A stretch of 61,729 bases of DNA from Basidiobolus meristosporus CBS 931.73 (taxonomy: Eukaryota; Fungi; Basidiobolomycota), in NCBI GenBank assembly GCA_002104905.1, contig MCFE01000528.1:1-61729 (forward strand). Reading direction: 5' to 3'. This document shows, in pieces, positions 1 through 13,200 of the stretch (position 1 is the stretch's first letter; each line of letters begins with the position of its first letter). A program made the position numbers and the translations under genes. Below the pieces are notes generated by a model. It saw nothing but the letters and a program-made list of their open reading frames with translations, was not told where the DNA came from and made no database searches.

Positions 1-1809
1 GACCCTGCTCTTCGAAAGAACATGGTATCGGCCTTAATTCTTCTTCGTAACAGAGACATTATCTCCAGCACTAGTCTCCTATCCCTCTTCTTCACTCTCT
101 TCCGTTGTCACGACAAGAATCTTCGTGAGATGCTCTACTCGCACATTGTCAATGACATCCGCAATGCCAACACCAAACACAAGAACAACAAGCTCAACAA
201 AACATTGCAGAATTTCATGTACACCATGATTACTTCAGCCGAAGGTGCTGCCGATAACAGCAGCGAGAACGCCATCGCTGCCAAAAAGAGTTTAGATGTG
301 TGTATCGAGCTTTACAAAAAGAATGTTTGGCACGACGCCAAGACTGTCAACGTTGTTGTGGGCGCATGTTTCTCTCCCGTCACTAAGATCATGGTGACTG
401 CACTTCAGTTCTTCTTGGGAGCCGATGATGAGGAGGAATCCTCGGACGAGGACGAAGATGCGATTCCGGACATCCGTCGTATGCAACAGGTCAAGACTTT
501 TACCAAGAAAACTCGGGCCAAAAACAGAGCTCTGGACAAGGCAATTGCCACGGTGAAAAGAAAGGAGAGAAACAAGACGAAGGCGGAAAACTTCAATTTC
601 TCGGCCATTCACTTGGTGAACGATCCTCAAGGCTTCGTTGAGAAACTCTTCTCCCGTCTCAACAAAGCGTCGGAGAGATTTGAGGTCCGCTTGATGATTA
701 TGAAGTTGATCGCTCGTTTGATCGGTATCCACAAGCTCATCTTCTTGAATTTCTACACCTACCTTATTCGCTATCTTCAGCCACACCAACGCGATGTCAC
801 CCAAGTGCTGGCCTTGACCGCCCAGGCTTCCCACGAGCTGGTCCCACCTGATACTCTTGAGCCAGTCCTGATGGCCATTGCCAACAACTTCGTCACCGAG
901 AACATGTCTAGCGAAGTCATGTCCGCTGGTATGAATGGTATCCGTGAAATCTGCTCTCGCTGTCCGTTGGCCATGACCGAGACGCTTTTGCAAGACTTGA
1001 CTGAATACAAGGGTCACAGAGATAAGGGCATCATGATGGCCTCTAGGTCGTTGATTGGCCTGTTCCGTGAGATCAACCCAGAACTACTCAAGAAGAAGGA
1101 CAGAGGCAAGGGAGCCACCATGTCTCTGAAGGACTTCAAGCCTATCCAGTATGGTGAAGCGCGTGCTGCGGAGACAATTGACGGATTGGAGCTGTTGGCT
1201 AATGACAAGCCCGCCGAGGACGACGACGAGGCCGCCTGGGAGGGATGGGAGGTCGAGAGCGACGATTCCGATGGTGAGGGCGATTGGGTTGATGTACAGC
1301 ACTCGGATGATGATACCGGTGGTATCGAAGTGGCAATGGACTCTGACGATGAAGAGGAGAAACCCGTCGAAGAGGAGGAGAATAAGGAGCCCAAAGAAAA
1401 CATTGCTCTCACCAAGATCCTTACCCCTCAAGACTTTGCCAGACTTAACGAGCTGAAGATGATGAACAAGGCCGAACAGCTTACCGGTAAAAGAAAGCAA
1501 GACACCACCGAGGCCTCTGAGGAGATTGTGGACGAGTCCAGCATCCTGGGACCTAGAAAGAAGAAGAAGCAAGATTATGAAGAAAGAATTGAATCCATCA
1601 TGGCTGGTCGTGAAGGAAGACAGAAGTTCGGCTCATCTAAGGGCAAGGCTGACAGAGGCAGTACCACCAACAGAGAGAAGGCCAGAAACAAGGCCTTTAT
1701 GATGGTTGTCCACAAGCGGTCAGTCAAACAGAAGTCCAAGATGTCTCTACGTGAGAAACAGAAGCAACTCAGAACACACATCAACCATCAAAAGAAGAAG
1801 GGACACTGA
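1..1809 (+). CDS. SDA1: SDA1 (60S ribosome biogenesis protein), 5'-partial; the frame is open from base 1
   Basis: ORF 22..1809 continues in frame upstream (DPALRKNMVSALILLRN). SDA1-like motifs LFRCHDKxLR, KNVWHDAKTVN, NFSAIHLVNDPQGF, YLQPHQRDVT, acidic middle region, C-terminal STTNREKARNKAFMM. Confidence 0.93.
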   Translation, partial: DPALRKNMVSALILLRNRDIISSTSLLSLFFTLFRCHDKNLREMLYSHIVNDIRNANTKHKNNKLNKTLQNFMYTMITSAEGAADNSSENAIAAKKSLDVCIELYKKNVWHDAKTVNVVVGACFSPVTKIMVTALQFFLGADDEEESSDEDEDAIPDIRRMQQVKTFTKKTRAKNRALDKAIATVKRKERNKTKAENFNFSAIHLVNDPQGFVEKLFSRLNKASERFEVRLMIMKLIARLIGIHKLIFLNFYTYLIRYLQPHQRDVTQVLALTAQASHELVPPDTLEPVLMAIANNFVTENMSSEVMSAGMNGIREICSRCPLAMTETLLQDLTEYKGHRDKGIMMASRSLIGLFREINPELLKKKDRGKGATMSLKDFKPIQYGEARAAETIDGLELLANDKPAEDDDEAAWEGWEVESDDSDGEGDWVDVQHSDDDTGGIEVAMDSDDEEEKPVEEEENKEPKENIALTKILTPQDFARLNELKMMNKAEQLTGKRKQDTTEASEEIVDESSILGPRKKKKQDYEERIESIMAGREGRQKFGSSKGKADRGSTTNREKARNKAFMMVVHKRSVKQKSKMSLREKQKQLRTHINHQKKKGH

Positions 1810-2338
1810 TCACCCAGTCCAGTCGCCCTTGTTCTGGCTGATTGTTTGCTCATCCCAGTTCGAGTTGCCTTTGTTGGCTTGCTCAACTCAGTCCAGAATC
1901 TATGCATCTCTACATACAGCTACACCTTAATAGATAGATAAGTGGTTTTACCAATATTTCCCGTTCTTGTATGTATAAATTTTTGTAAAAATAAAGGAAT
2001 TTATCGAAATCCAATGGGAACAATTATGGGCTTTGGTGGGCCCCTTTGCGATCAACCTCAACAATAGGGATTTGTTTATTTATTGACTACTCAGTGACAC
2101 AATCCTAATTGATGTGGTGCTCCTTCATTTCCAAATTTACTAATTTATGAATGAATGAGAATAACATCACTGGAAGACAACCAACTCCTATTTTTCAGCT
2201 GCATTCATTGGCCTGGGTGGTCCAATCTTAGAATCTTGGATTGGTGGAATGGATTCCTTTTTTTCTGAATATCTTGTCTCATCAGCTGGCTTGGCTGTAC
2301 CTCACCTCTGCTTTTGTAACTTCCTGTCTTTCATTAAT

Positions 2339-3819
2339 ATGGAGCCACTGCAAAAGCCACGAAACGTCGCCCATCAATTGTACAAGCTTTATGGTTAGAT
2401 ATGGAATTCTCCACGGCCCCCCTTCCTGCCCACACTAACGCTACGCCACCTTTTCGCGTTTACAGACTTGTTAGATAGAGGCCTCATTGATTTAAGTATG
2501 GCCGTCCAGCTTCTCACCCTCCTCTTTCACCTGACTCATCTCTATTCTATTACTCTTACAGCTCCTGAATTCCAACGTGATGTGGTCTGGCCAGGTTGGT
2601 GTCTCTTTCATCTCTCCTAAAATATCTCCAGTTAGATGACTGAACCTATCCATGTAGAAAAGAAAATGTCTCATTTGATTGACTCAGTCTTGAAGAACTT
2701 TTACGTTCCGCCGGTCATTTTCTCGTGTAAGCGACTACCTGATGGGCGTGTTTTGAAGGTCTGCATTGATGGAAAACAAAGACTGACTGCCATTCGAAGG
2801 TAACTTGTGAATATCCACCTGGCAACCAAATAGACCCTGAAGTCTCAAACGCCCCTTTCCCACGAAAGATTTATGAGCAACGAAATTCCGCATCTCGATC
2901 CCTTCGAAGAAAGCTCGGTCAAGCGCTACTACAAAGAGGACCCAGCGTACCCCAAGCGGAAAACATTGACTCTCCGTGAGCAAGAAGATTTTCAATATTC
3001 CGAATTTGTGTGCAGTAGGTTTCGCTTTGATTCATCGTGCTCTGTTGTTCGTGTAGCTAACGGCGCCACTGTAGTTGAGTACACTGACTTGACGCCAACT
3101 CAAGAACACGAGATTTTCTCCAGAGTACAGTTAGGCGTTGCCCTGAGTGTTGCAGGTATGAGCTAACATCAATAAGAGAAGATATCGATCGGGATTAATT
3201 AGCTATTCCCCCACAAGAAAAACTACAGGCCATCGCCAGCCCGATGTCAAACTACGTCCGAACCATCATTGAGGACTATCCAGCACTCTCCACCATCATG
3301 GACACTAAGCGCGCACGCCCATTCCTACTAATTGGCCAAGCACTGCACATCATGCACAATGAGCCCGATCGCTTCATTTCCACCTCCCCAGCCATCGAGA
3401 AGTTCTTGAAGAGAGGGGACAATGTGGATCCCAACCTTCAAACCAAGGCGAAACGAACCTTTGAGACATACTCCACGCTGATTCGCACATACCCGGATAT
3501 ATTCGAGACACCCACTAAAATGGCCCCCATCGAGTTTGTCATGTTTTCTTATGTGATTGCTCGCTACCCAGAGCGTAACAACGAACAGCTCAGGCAAGAC
3601 CTCCGCAACATGAGAGACCATGTTCGCAACAAGTACATAGATATCCGGTTCAACACCGCAGTGTACAACTGCATCATGGACTTCATTGTTAACATCGACG
3701 ATGAAATGGAGCGTGAACCGGCGTACACCAATGGAGACAAGCGTGATTTGAGTGGCGACGAAGATAGCAGGCTAGAGTTCAAGCGCATCAAGGCTGAACC
3801 CGAAGAAGGTGAAAAGTAA
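2339..3819 (+). CDS. DUF262 (ParB/GmrS-like) domain protein, 7 exons
   Basis: Manual GT-AG splicing: exons 2339-2393, 2466-2495, 2562-2594, 2658-2799, 2869-3014, 3075-3155, 3218-3819. Gives MEPLQKPRNVAHQLYKLYDLLDRGLIDLTPEFQRDVVWPEKKMSHLIDSVLKNFYVPPVIFSC...VCIDGKQRLTAIRRF...EYTDLTPTQEHEIFSRVQLG, with the DUF262 motifs PxFQRxxVW, LIDS and DGxQRLT. Confidence 0.85.
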
Positions 3820-4807
3820 GCACCCTGATATCCCAAGCGCACCCATAGCCCATTAACCAACCACCACCTTTAGCGATACTCTGAGCTTCCAACCCATCAG
3901 TGGTAAGGTTACTCAGCGACCGCAGATGTTCTCAGCGGGGAAGGCGCCCAATGCTTAAGTAGCACTTTCCAGGAGCACCAAGTGTACATATGAATGATGG
4001 ATAGTCAAGACAAAAAGCCAAAAAGCCAAAAAAACTCGTTTAGGCAAGCGGGAGAGAAGATAGATGGTCGCTGAGTTGATTGCCGTTTTTGACCAAATTC
4101 AAAACCAAATTAGCATATTCTCGTATCCGAGTCGCACATCACTATTCTTTGGTCCTGCTTCCTTTTTTCCCATTTATTCCATCGGTACTTTTCCAGGTTT
4201 TGTCAGTGTCATGGATATCGCGTAATTTAAATAAACGTCAGTAACCTCCCGCACGCGTAGCTTGGCGATGACAGTAAACAGAGGCCCGTCAAATCCACTG
4301 GTAATGATGTTTTCATCACCAAACTCGCTTGATCTCAGCTATCCAGGAAGCCAGTGTCATTGGCAGAAAATTTTCTTTGGTAATGTTGTTGATGTACTCC
4401 ACCCACGCCACCAATCAAACCGAATGGTGCAACATTCAATAACACTCCTGGATTCCATGGTGCGCCGAGATTGGTCAACAGCACACAGTGTACATCTTGA
4501 ATCAGACCATATCAAGGAAATCCAGAGTCGGGTTATTTATATAATCTTCCAAATACAGTGGCCGTGTATTTTCATCTGTATCGTGGTTGCTGTGTGGATT
4601 AAAAATAGCACAGATCTGCTTCTATTCCTCTTCATTTGGGCCATATTGGGGTCCTTCGATTGTCAAATATTGGGAATTTTGATCATTCTACTAAGAATCC
4701 TTGTATTTTGGTTATCATTGGCAATTTGTTTATAAACTAGGCTTTAATCCCGGCTTTCTTTTCACATCGATTCCTGCTCCTTTCACACATCAAACTTCCC
4801 CCGAAGA

Positions 4808-6280
4808 ATGCCCGTTTCTATCAATCAAATCGAAAGCCTCAAGGAATTTTACACTGCCGCGGGACAGGGGCATGTGTTTAACTTCTTCGATGACCTTACC
4901 CACGACGAGCAACAGTCCTTGGTAGCCCAACTGAAAGATATCGACCCCTCCCTGATCAACCGAATTTTCACCAAGTTCACCGACCCCAAACAGACCCAGC
5001 AGCTGCCAAGCGATATCAAACCTTTCCCTGCCGAACGTTCTGGCTCCATTCTCTCCGCAGATAAGGATACCATTCAGGGCTGGGAGGACATTGGTTTGAA
5101 GGCTATTGCCCAAAACCAAGTCGCAGTCATCCTGATGGCTGGCGGCCAAGGTTCTCGCCTGGGTTCTCCAGGCCCCAAGGGTTGCTACGATATTGAACTC
5201 CCTTCCCACAAGACGCTCTTCCAGCTTCAGGCAGAGCGTATTATTCGACTACAGTCCCTTGCTCAACAATACGCCCAGGACGAAAGTCTGGATGTCGTAA
5301 TTCCTTGGTATATCATGACCTCGGGGCCAACACATACCGCTACTGTGGAGCACTTTGAGCAGCACAACTACTTTGGACTCCGGAAGTCCAATGTGGTTTT
5401 CTTCAACCAAGGACTCATGCCTAGTGTCTCCAACGACGGCAAGATTTTGCTGGAGACCAAATCAAAGGTAGCCCTCTCTCCCAACGGAAACGGTGGTATC
5501 TATGACGCACTCCGCCGTGACGGTGTTCTCGACGATCTTTCCGCTCGTGGTGTGCGCTACATCCACAGCTACTGCGTGGACAACTGCCTCGTCAAAGTAG
5601 CTGACCCCATCTTCATTGGTTACTGTATTGCCAAGAATGCCGACTGCGGCAACAAGGTTGTTCGTAAGGGCTATCCTACAGAGCCAATCGGGGTTGTTTC
5701 CATTTGTAACGGCAAGCCCAAGGTTGTGGAGTATTCCGAGATTGACCCTGCCATGGCTGCGTTGACTGATTCCGAAGGACAGTTGGTGTATAAGGCGGGC
5801 AACATCGTCAACCATTTCTACACCCTCGAGTTCCTTCAACGTGTCAAGACCTTTGAAGACAAGCTCGACTACCACATTGCCAGAAAGAAGATCAAGCACA
5901 TCGACCTTGAGACTGGCGAGAAGATCATTCCCACCACTCCGAACGGAATTAAATTTGAGGTGTTTGTCTTCGACGTGTTCCCTTTCACCGAAAACCTTGC
6001 TGTCTATGAGGTCGACCGTAAAGAGGACTTCTCCCCATTGAAGAACGCCCCTGGCTCCGGAGTGGATTGCCCAGAAACCAGTCTTCGCGATATCACCCAG
6101 CGAAGCCTCCGTTTCCTCCAGAATGCCGGGGCTATTGTCGAAAACATCAAGGATGATGTCATTCCCGTGGAAATCTCCCCATTGGTTTCATATAATGGCG
6201 AAGGCCTTGAGTGCCTTGCTGGCAAAGTATTAAGCGCACCCGTCTACCTCAACACCTTGGAGGACCTCTCTAGACTTTAA
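4808..6280 (+). CDS. UAP1: UDP-N-acetylglucosamine pyrophosphorylase, intronless
   Basis: 490-aa ORF with LMAGGQGSRLG..PKGCYDI, SPNGNGG, YCVDN, GNIVNHF, GIKFEVFVFDVF, EDFSPLKNA. Confidence 0.96.
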   Translation: MPVSINQIESLKEFYTAAGQGHVFNFFDDLTHDEQQSLVAQLKDIDPSLINRIFTKFTDPKQTQQLPSDIKPFPAERSGSILSADKDTIQGWEDIGLKAIAQNQVAVILMAGGQGSRLGSPGPKGCYDIELPSHKTLFQLQAERIIRLQSLAQQYAQDESLDVVIPWYIMTSGPTHTATVEHFEQHNYFGLRKSNVVFFNQGLMPSVSNDGKILLETKSKVALSPNGNGGIYDALRRDGVLDDLSARGVRYIHSYCVDNCLVKVADPIFIGYCIAKNADCGNKVVRKGYPTEPIGVVSICNGKPKVVEYSEIDPAMAALTDSEGQLVYKAGNIVNHFYTLEFLQRVKTFEDKLDYHIARKKIKHIDLETGEKIIPTTPNGIKFEVFVFDVFPFTENLAVYEVDRKEDFSPLKNAPGSGVDCPETSLRDITQRSLRFLQNAGAIVENIKDDVIPVEISPLVSYNGEGLECLAGKVLSAPVYLNTLEDLSRL

Positions 6281-6583
6281 GCCATCCACCATTATTCCCA
6301 CTTTTTTGTAACTAATTAGAACAACATTTCCGACCCTTGTGTACTATCTATTTATTTATGCTGCTACATTACTCCATTACTCACCACCATCAACAACAAT
6401 GCCGAATTCATTAAAGATCAGTATTGCCTCCCAAACTTTATCCCGATAAATTAATTTCTTGCGTACCTTAACCAAACTACACATGCCATGACGTCAAAAG
6501 ATGGTTAGGCTTGAATCAGGAATATAGAGCTGGCGTCAATTGGCATCACAACATCCTTCCCTCATAGCTCTTGTCCCCTTCGA

Positions 6584-9509
6584 ATGGAGAACACCATGGC
6601 CGAGTATCTTAGCAAAGCTGCGGCTTTTGCTCAAAGCGCAGCCAAGATATCCAAAAAGGTTTCGGAAGGGATTGTAGAGAACGCTCGCGAGTTTGGTTTC
6701 GATTCATCTGCCCATTTCTTTGATACTTCCGAGGTGAAGCTTCGTGAGATTCACAAGAATCTGGATTCGGGCAATGACCGGGAGAAATTAGACGGCCTGA
6801 AAAGGCTCATCGCCGTATGTATCCTATGGGCTCCTGTTTTGTCTTTCCTTCTCCTCCAGAATGCTCGGACTAATTCTTGTGTTTACAGATGATATCTAAA
6901 GGCCGAGATGTCTCGGAGTTTTTCCCAGACGTAGTAAAAAATGTGGCCTCCAGTAACTTGGAAATTCGAAAGCTAGTTTACATTTACCTCCTCAGATATG
7001 CGGAACAAGAGCCTGACCTGGCGCTACTTTCTGTAAATACGTTCCAAAAGGATCTCAGCGATCAAAACCAAGTGATTCGTGCGATGGCACTTCGTGTTAT
7101 GTCGGGTATTCGGGTCCCAGTGATCAGCCCTATCGTCATGTTGGCCATAAAGAAATGCGTTACCGATCTGTCTGCTTACGTCAGAAAAACTGCTGCTCAC
7201 GCCATTCCTAAATGCTACAGGTATTCCTTCAAACCTCCAACTCTTTTGCTACACAACACTAATTGCCTACACCTGCGGGTATAGCTTGGACCCATCCCAG
7301 AAAGAGAACCTTATTGAAATCATCGAAATCTTGCTCAAGGACAAATCCGCTTTCACCATCGGCAGCGTTATAATGGCTTTTAATGAGTTATGCCCTGACA
7401 GATTTGACCTGATTCACAAGCACTATCGCAAGCTGTGCTATATGTTGATCGATACTGACGAGTGGGGCCAGATCGCCATTCTTCGCTTGCTCCTCCGTTA
7501 CGCCAGGTAATCGAAGGCTCAATTTATTTACTGGAAGGCAAACCGACATTAACATTCTACTACAGAGCACATTTCCTTGATCCCAACCGCTACGTATGCG
7601 ATTTGAAGTTGTGTACTCTCAAGGTGAAACTGTAGCTTACCTCGCTTCTATCATTTAGATCAAGGTGAGCAAGCCAAAGACCAAAAAAGAGTCCTCCTTT
7701 TACTCCGATGATGATGACTCTGCCGAATCAGAGGATCATGAAGATATCGTAGATTATGACCTTGAATTCCTCTTGAAGTCGTCGGCACCCCTAATGCAGA
7801 GCCGTAACAGCGGTGTAAGTACATTATTATCAAACGTAACCGGGCGATTTAAGCGACTGACTAAGCGACAATAACTCAAGGTGGTTATGGCTGTCTGCTC
7901 TCTGTATTATCATGCTGCACCAGCCATGGAGGTCTTCAAGGTTGGAAAACCGCTCGTACGTCTTCTAAGAACACACCCCGAGATTCAATACGTTGTCTTG
8001 ACCAACATTGCTACAATGGCTCATGAAAAACCTGTATGCATTAATAGATTTGCTATGGAGTGGTGACAAAATACTAACTAGAACACTCTTCATCAGGAAA
8101 TCTTCGAGCCATACATACAACAGTTTTTCGTACGTTCCACCGATCCCGGGTTCGTACGTAGTTTGAAGCTTCGAATCCTTACCTCCTTGGCCAACGAGAG
8201 CAACGTTTCGACTTTACTGAGGGAGTTGCAGGATTACGTGAAGTCGTCAAATAAGGAGTTTGTGAAATCAGCCATTCAAGCTATAGGCCGATGTGCTACA
8301 ACCATTCCGGAAATTGCCGATAACTGCATCCGCGGACTGATGAACTTGATCACATACCAGAACGATGCGGTGGTCGCGGAGTCTGTGGTAGTTACTCGTC
8401 GGTTGTTGCAGAGCCGACCAAACGACAATGCCAGCATGATCACTCGATTGGTCAAATCACTGGATAATATCAAAGTACCAGAAGCTCGAGCTAGCATTTT
8501 CTGGTTGGTTGGACAATACTGCCACAACCTGGAAAAGATAGCTCCCGATACACTAAGAAAGGGTGCCAAAACATTTGTGGAGGAAGTATGTTGAGATCAT
8601 GTTCAATGCAATCGATATTGATGATATGTTGACTTTTATTTGACTTTAGAATGAATTCGTCAAGCTGCAGATAGTTACCCTCGCTGCCAAATTGATGTGT
8701 TCACTTCCAACCACGCCAAAGATGAACTTGCTTTACAAATACGTGTTTACACTTGCTCGTTATGACCTGAATTACGATGTCCGTGATCGTGCACGTTTCC
8801 TCAAAGCCCTAATGGCCACGAACAACGGGGATACAGAAGGCGCCGATCAGAGCGATGCCTTGCGAAGCTATGCCAAGGAAATATTGCTCTGTGAAAAGCC
8901 TGCACCGGCCACTGAAAATCCTCTAGCAGGTATGATCTACAGCTGTATGGTTTATCTGGCAAACAAACCGCCTAAAACCAGTTCGTTTAGGACGCGACAA
9001 ATACACCATTGGGTCTATGTCCATGGTGCTAAATTCGTCTGTATTCGGATACGAATCTTTGCCAGACTGGCCGGCGGTTCAACCGGATCCCTCCTTACGT
9101 GATACCCAGGTAGGACACAGTGATCGGCCCCGTGAAATCCAGTTAACTTACGATACCTTTGGTTTTCAGGACGATGTGTTGCCTAAATCTAACAACTTCG
9201 TCGATTCCACTCGTATCACCCAATCCAAGAACAAGGAAGATTATAGCCTTGATGCCTTCTATGATTCTGAGGAAGAGACGGCTGAAGGTAAGCTATACAT
9301 GTTGTTTAATTTCATTGAATTGATGATTGACAACCCTGATACAGATGAAACTGAGGAAGATGAAGAGGACGACGATGACGATGACGATGAGTGAGGGTGA
9401 CTCAAGTGAAGAAGGAACCGACGAATCTGAGGAGGACGATGGCTCAAGTGAAGAAGAGACATCTGAGGAATCTGATCAGGATGAGAAGGGCAACTTGATT
9501 CGAAAGTAG
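6584..9509 (+). CDS. APL6: AP-3 adaptor complex beta subunit, multi-exon; C-terminal acidic tail has an apparent frameshift at ~9390 (in-frame stop at 9394)
   Basis: Adaptin_N motifs across exons: [11 protein letters not shown]|[73 protein letters not shown]; followed by a D/E-rich tail. Confidence 0.9.
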
Positions 9510-10257
9510 CTACCCTCAACCGATACTTATGACACCCATACACATACTTGATCTACTCTTTGTACAATAATAAAGGCACCACCTCCATTCAGCCATCGGG
9601 CAGTTTAATCAGACTGATTAGTGACAGGATAGGGTTAAGCATGTTTGATGCGATTGGGAAGAGATCTAGATTGCCTGCAAGCACTACGCGTCAAAACCAT
9701 CAATGGACCATTCTAGTGAGTGTACATATTCTGGGAAAATGTCGCTTCCACTTCACCCGCCTAGCCTTCACTGATTCGAGGGGGGAGACGACGTTTTCGG
9801 CAGCGTAGCCATAAATGGCATGATTGATATATAAGGGAAATACAGGTGCCTCGTATCACTGGCTTGGAACCTTAATGGAGAATGATGATGAACGCATCAT
9901 ATGCGAACATTGGAAAAACTCTGTCTCCATGAAGGATGATTATCCATATCCTCTGAATATTCAGAGCCCACCATCTACCCGTAGCCTTAGCCAGTAGTTC
10001 ATTTAGCTTTAATTGGGAATGTTTTGAGTTGGTATTTGCGCAGAGTTAGCACTCACGGAAGTCTGATTTTCAGTTCCCTCAGATGATCATCTCGTCATAT
10101 TCATGTTTAAGATGGCGATTCGTATCATTGGTGACAGCGCTTTATCAGCCGATTTTTATGCTTCCTGGATATTTATCTCTCTACCACCAAGCTTTCGAGT
10201 ATTCTCAATACCTTTACTTTTAATAAAGCTTGAGCTGTTGCGTCGAAGGGAAAAATC

Positions 10258-13200
10258 ATGTCAAGTTCGACTGTGAAGCACTCCAAGTCGAATCATGGGA
10301 ACCCTTTTACCAGCCATCGTTCAGATCTATACGATCGCCCACCTTCACCAACCCCCTCTGTGAATTCCTTATCAGAGAAACGCGTCAAGAAAAGTAGGGA
10401 TGATTCGTTGTTCTCGTTCTTTTTCGGTTCCCACCGATCTTCCTCCGTAGATGGTAATGCGCCCGAGACAAGGGCCCCGGATTTTCAAACCAGGCAACCA
10501 GACCCTCAGAGGGAGCACTCTTCTCCCAGCACTCCGGGTTCGAGTATTTACTCGTCGCCTTTGGAAGGCTCTTCCAAAAGATCCGTGTTTCGTAACTCGA
10601 GTATCACCCTATCGAGCCTTTCCCATTTTTCCGAGGCTTCCAACAAGACCAGCAAGATCAAAAAGAAACTATTCCCCTTCGGAAGAAAAAAAAGCAAGGA
10701 CTACGATGAGCACAGCGAAGGTATTACCGGTCCCCTCCTACGGTGCTTGTGCAAGCTTCTCACCTGTGTTCTGTTTTAGCAGGTGCCAGAAAGGAGGACA
10801 ATCCACTTGGGGCCTTCCATCAAAGAGACGACTCTACGGAGTACTTGACTCGTTTCGGCACCAAAAATCAACGGTCCAAAGATTATCTGAAAAACCAGCA
10901 GCATACCATGAATGCGGTATAACTTACTTCCTAGCGTCCGTTTTTTCGCGTTTGCCTAATGCGTTGAATATTTCTCTAGCTTGAGGGGATCCGTGGTGGT
11001 TTCGAGCGTAAGTGCTCTGTTAGTTTTGTCAAGTTGGTTTAGATGCTTACCCTGGGTCTTTGTTCCCTAGTTGATATGGACGGTATCATAAGCCCGGAAG
11101 CTTTAGCTCAATCGCAGAATGGATCCCATACAGCCTCTTTTGTGGAACCCCCCGAATCTGATAATGTAGAGACGACTTTTACTCCAGATCTTTCCAAACA
11201 AGCGGTAGCCTGGACGGCGCCACAGTCGTGGTCAGTGGTGCCAATAACATCCGAGCAGCTGGAGCCTTCTGATGACGAAGACTGTGACTACTCCCCAGAA
11301 AAAGTGGTGCAAAAGGAGAAGCCATCAGTGTCGACTGAGCAGGTAATACACAATCGAGCCGCCCGCAAGGATTTAAAGGATTTAATGTTGACCATTTGCG
11401 CTCAAACACTAGCTTTGTATACGGGTATTCCGAGAAGACAGCACCTTTGGAACGGTTACTGTACCAGTGCACATAACTACCGCTGAACTCTGTAGTATAC
11501 TCGCTAGAAAGTTCTTTCTACCGGACGCTTCTAGATACAACCTATATGTGCAACGTAATGGATTAGGTAGGATGCGGGGTTTATTTCCAGGTGCATTAGA
11601 CCAGACATACTGATGGAAGATATACAGTTAGAATTCTTGGTCCGCAGGAACGGCCTATTTACCATTTTAAACGATTGCTTGAGCAAATTGGATACACATC
11701 GGAAGATCAACTTAAAGACCAAGGGCGTGAGGATAACACCTATCTTTGCCGGTTCACCTTTGGCTTGGCCAGCATCCAAACCATCAATATGGTATACAAG
11801 TCATGTCTATAGTTGAAGATCTCCAGCGGTCTCATCGATTTTCTTGTAGGAGAAGGAAAGCGAGCTCGGGAGTTTCCAGCATGTTGACCTGCATGAGAGA
11901 AACCTTCAAACGATTCCCATTGTGCTGTTTCGTCACGCCCCCACCATCGAAACTCTAGATATCTCGAAGAACCTGATGCTGGATTTGCCCTTAGATTTCG
12001 TCCAACTTTGTACAAGCTTACGAGAGATCAATCTGAGCGGAAATGCTTACAAATACATTCCAAGCAGTGTTCGCCACACGCCAAAATTGCTTCGCCTGGA
12101 CCTGTCAAACAACCGAATCAAAGAGATCGAGTCGGCACAGCTACACCACGCTAAGGATCTGACTCACCTGAATTTCCTCAACAACCGGATCAACTCGGTT
12201 CCTCGCGAGTTTGTCGAGCTTACATCCCTTTCGAGTCTTAATCTGTCGAACAACAAGTTCATGAGGTTCCCCTCGGCGATATGCAATCTGATAAGCCTAA
12301 AGGTTCTTGATTTGTCGATCAACAAAATCCCAACCATACCCGATGAAATCGGGAATCTGGTGCAACTGGAGCGCTTGTGCCTCGCGTCGAACTGTATATC
12401 AGGCTCCCTTCCTAAAGCCATCGAGTCACTGGCAAGCTTGAGAGAGCTGGATATCAGACAGAACAAGATATCAGATCTAGACGCGTTAGGAGCCCTTCCG
12501 AAGCTTGAGAAACTCATGAGCGACTACAACTCACTATCCAACATCAATACTCGCTTTCAAACGTTGAAGAGCATCAATCTGTGCAAGAACCACCTTACAC
12601 TGTTTACTTTGTCCTGCGCGTCCAACTCCCTGGTTGACTTGAACCTTTCTTCTTGTAAGCTAGCTACGCTACCGACGGATTTGTTCGAGGGGTTAGCAAG
12701 CCTGGAGCGCTTGGTCATGGATAACAATCATTTCGTCTCCATTCCTTCGTCGGTGTGCTCGCTTTCAAAGTTGAGATATTTCAGCTGCGTCAACAACCAA
12801 CTGGCATCGTTACCTTTGGATCTGGCTCGACTTCAAGAGCTAGAGCTGATCGATGTCCACAACAACAATCTCAAGTCCCTCCCCGCGCAGATATGGTGGT
12901 GTTCGAAGTTGACCTCTCTAAATGTCAGCTCCAACATTCTTGAGGCTTTTCCACACCCCACATTGGCGCCAGACGCCAAGCTAGACTCGGATACGAGTAG
13001 CGAGCAAAACATTCAGAATGTTCCACCCCCATTGTCCCTATGCCTCCGTGATCTCTATTTGGGAGACAACCGGCTGACGGATGAGATCTTCCTTCCGATC
13101 AGCTTTTTAACGGAGCTACGTGTGCTGAATGTCTCTTTCAATGATATTTACGACATCCCGTCGAATTCGCTGTTTGATCTAGTGAACCTAGTGGAGCTGT

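Noticed and set aside
292-1784. Several long antisense or alternative-frame ORFs over SDA1, and similar ones over UAP1, CYR1, GCP6 and RPL16
   Set aside because: Shadow ORFs caused by codon bias of recognised genes; no independent motifs.
4262-4735. 157-aa ORF with a hydrophobic tail upstream of UAP1
   Set aside because: Non-ATG start, AT-rich promoter-like composition and no recognisable motif.
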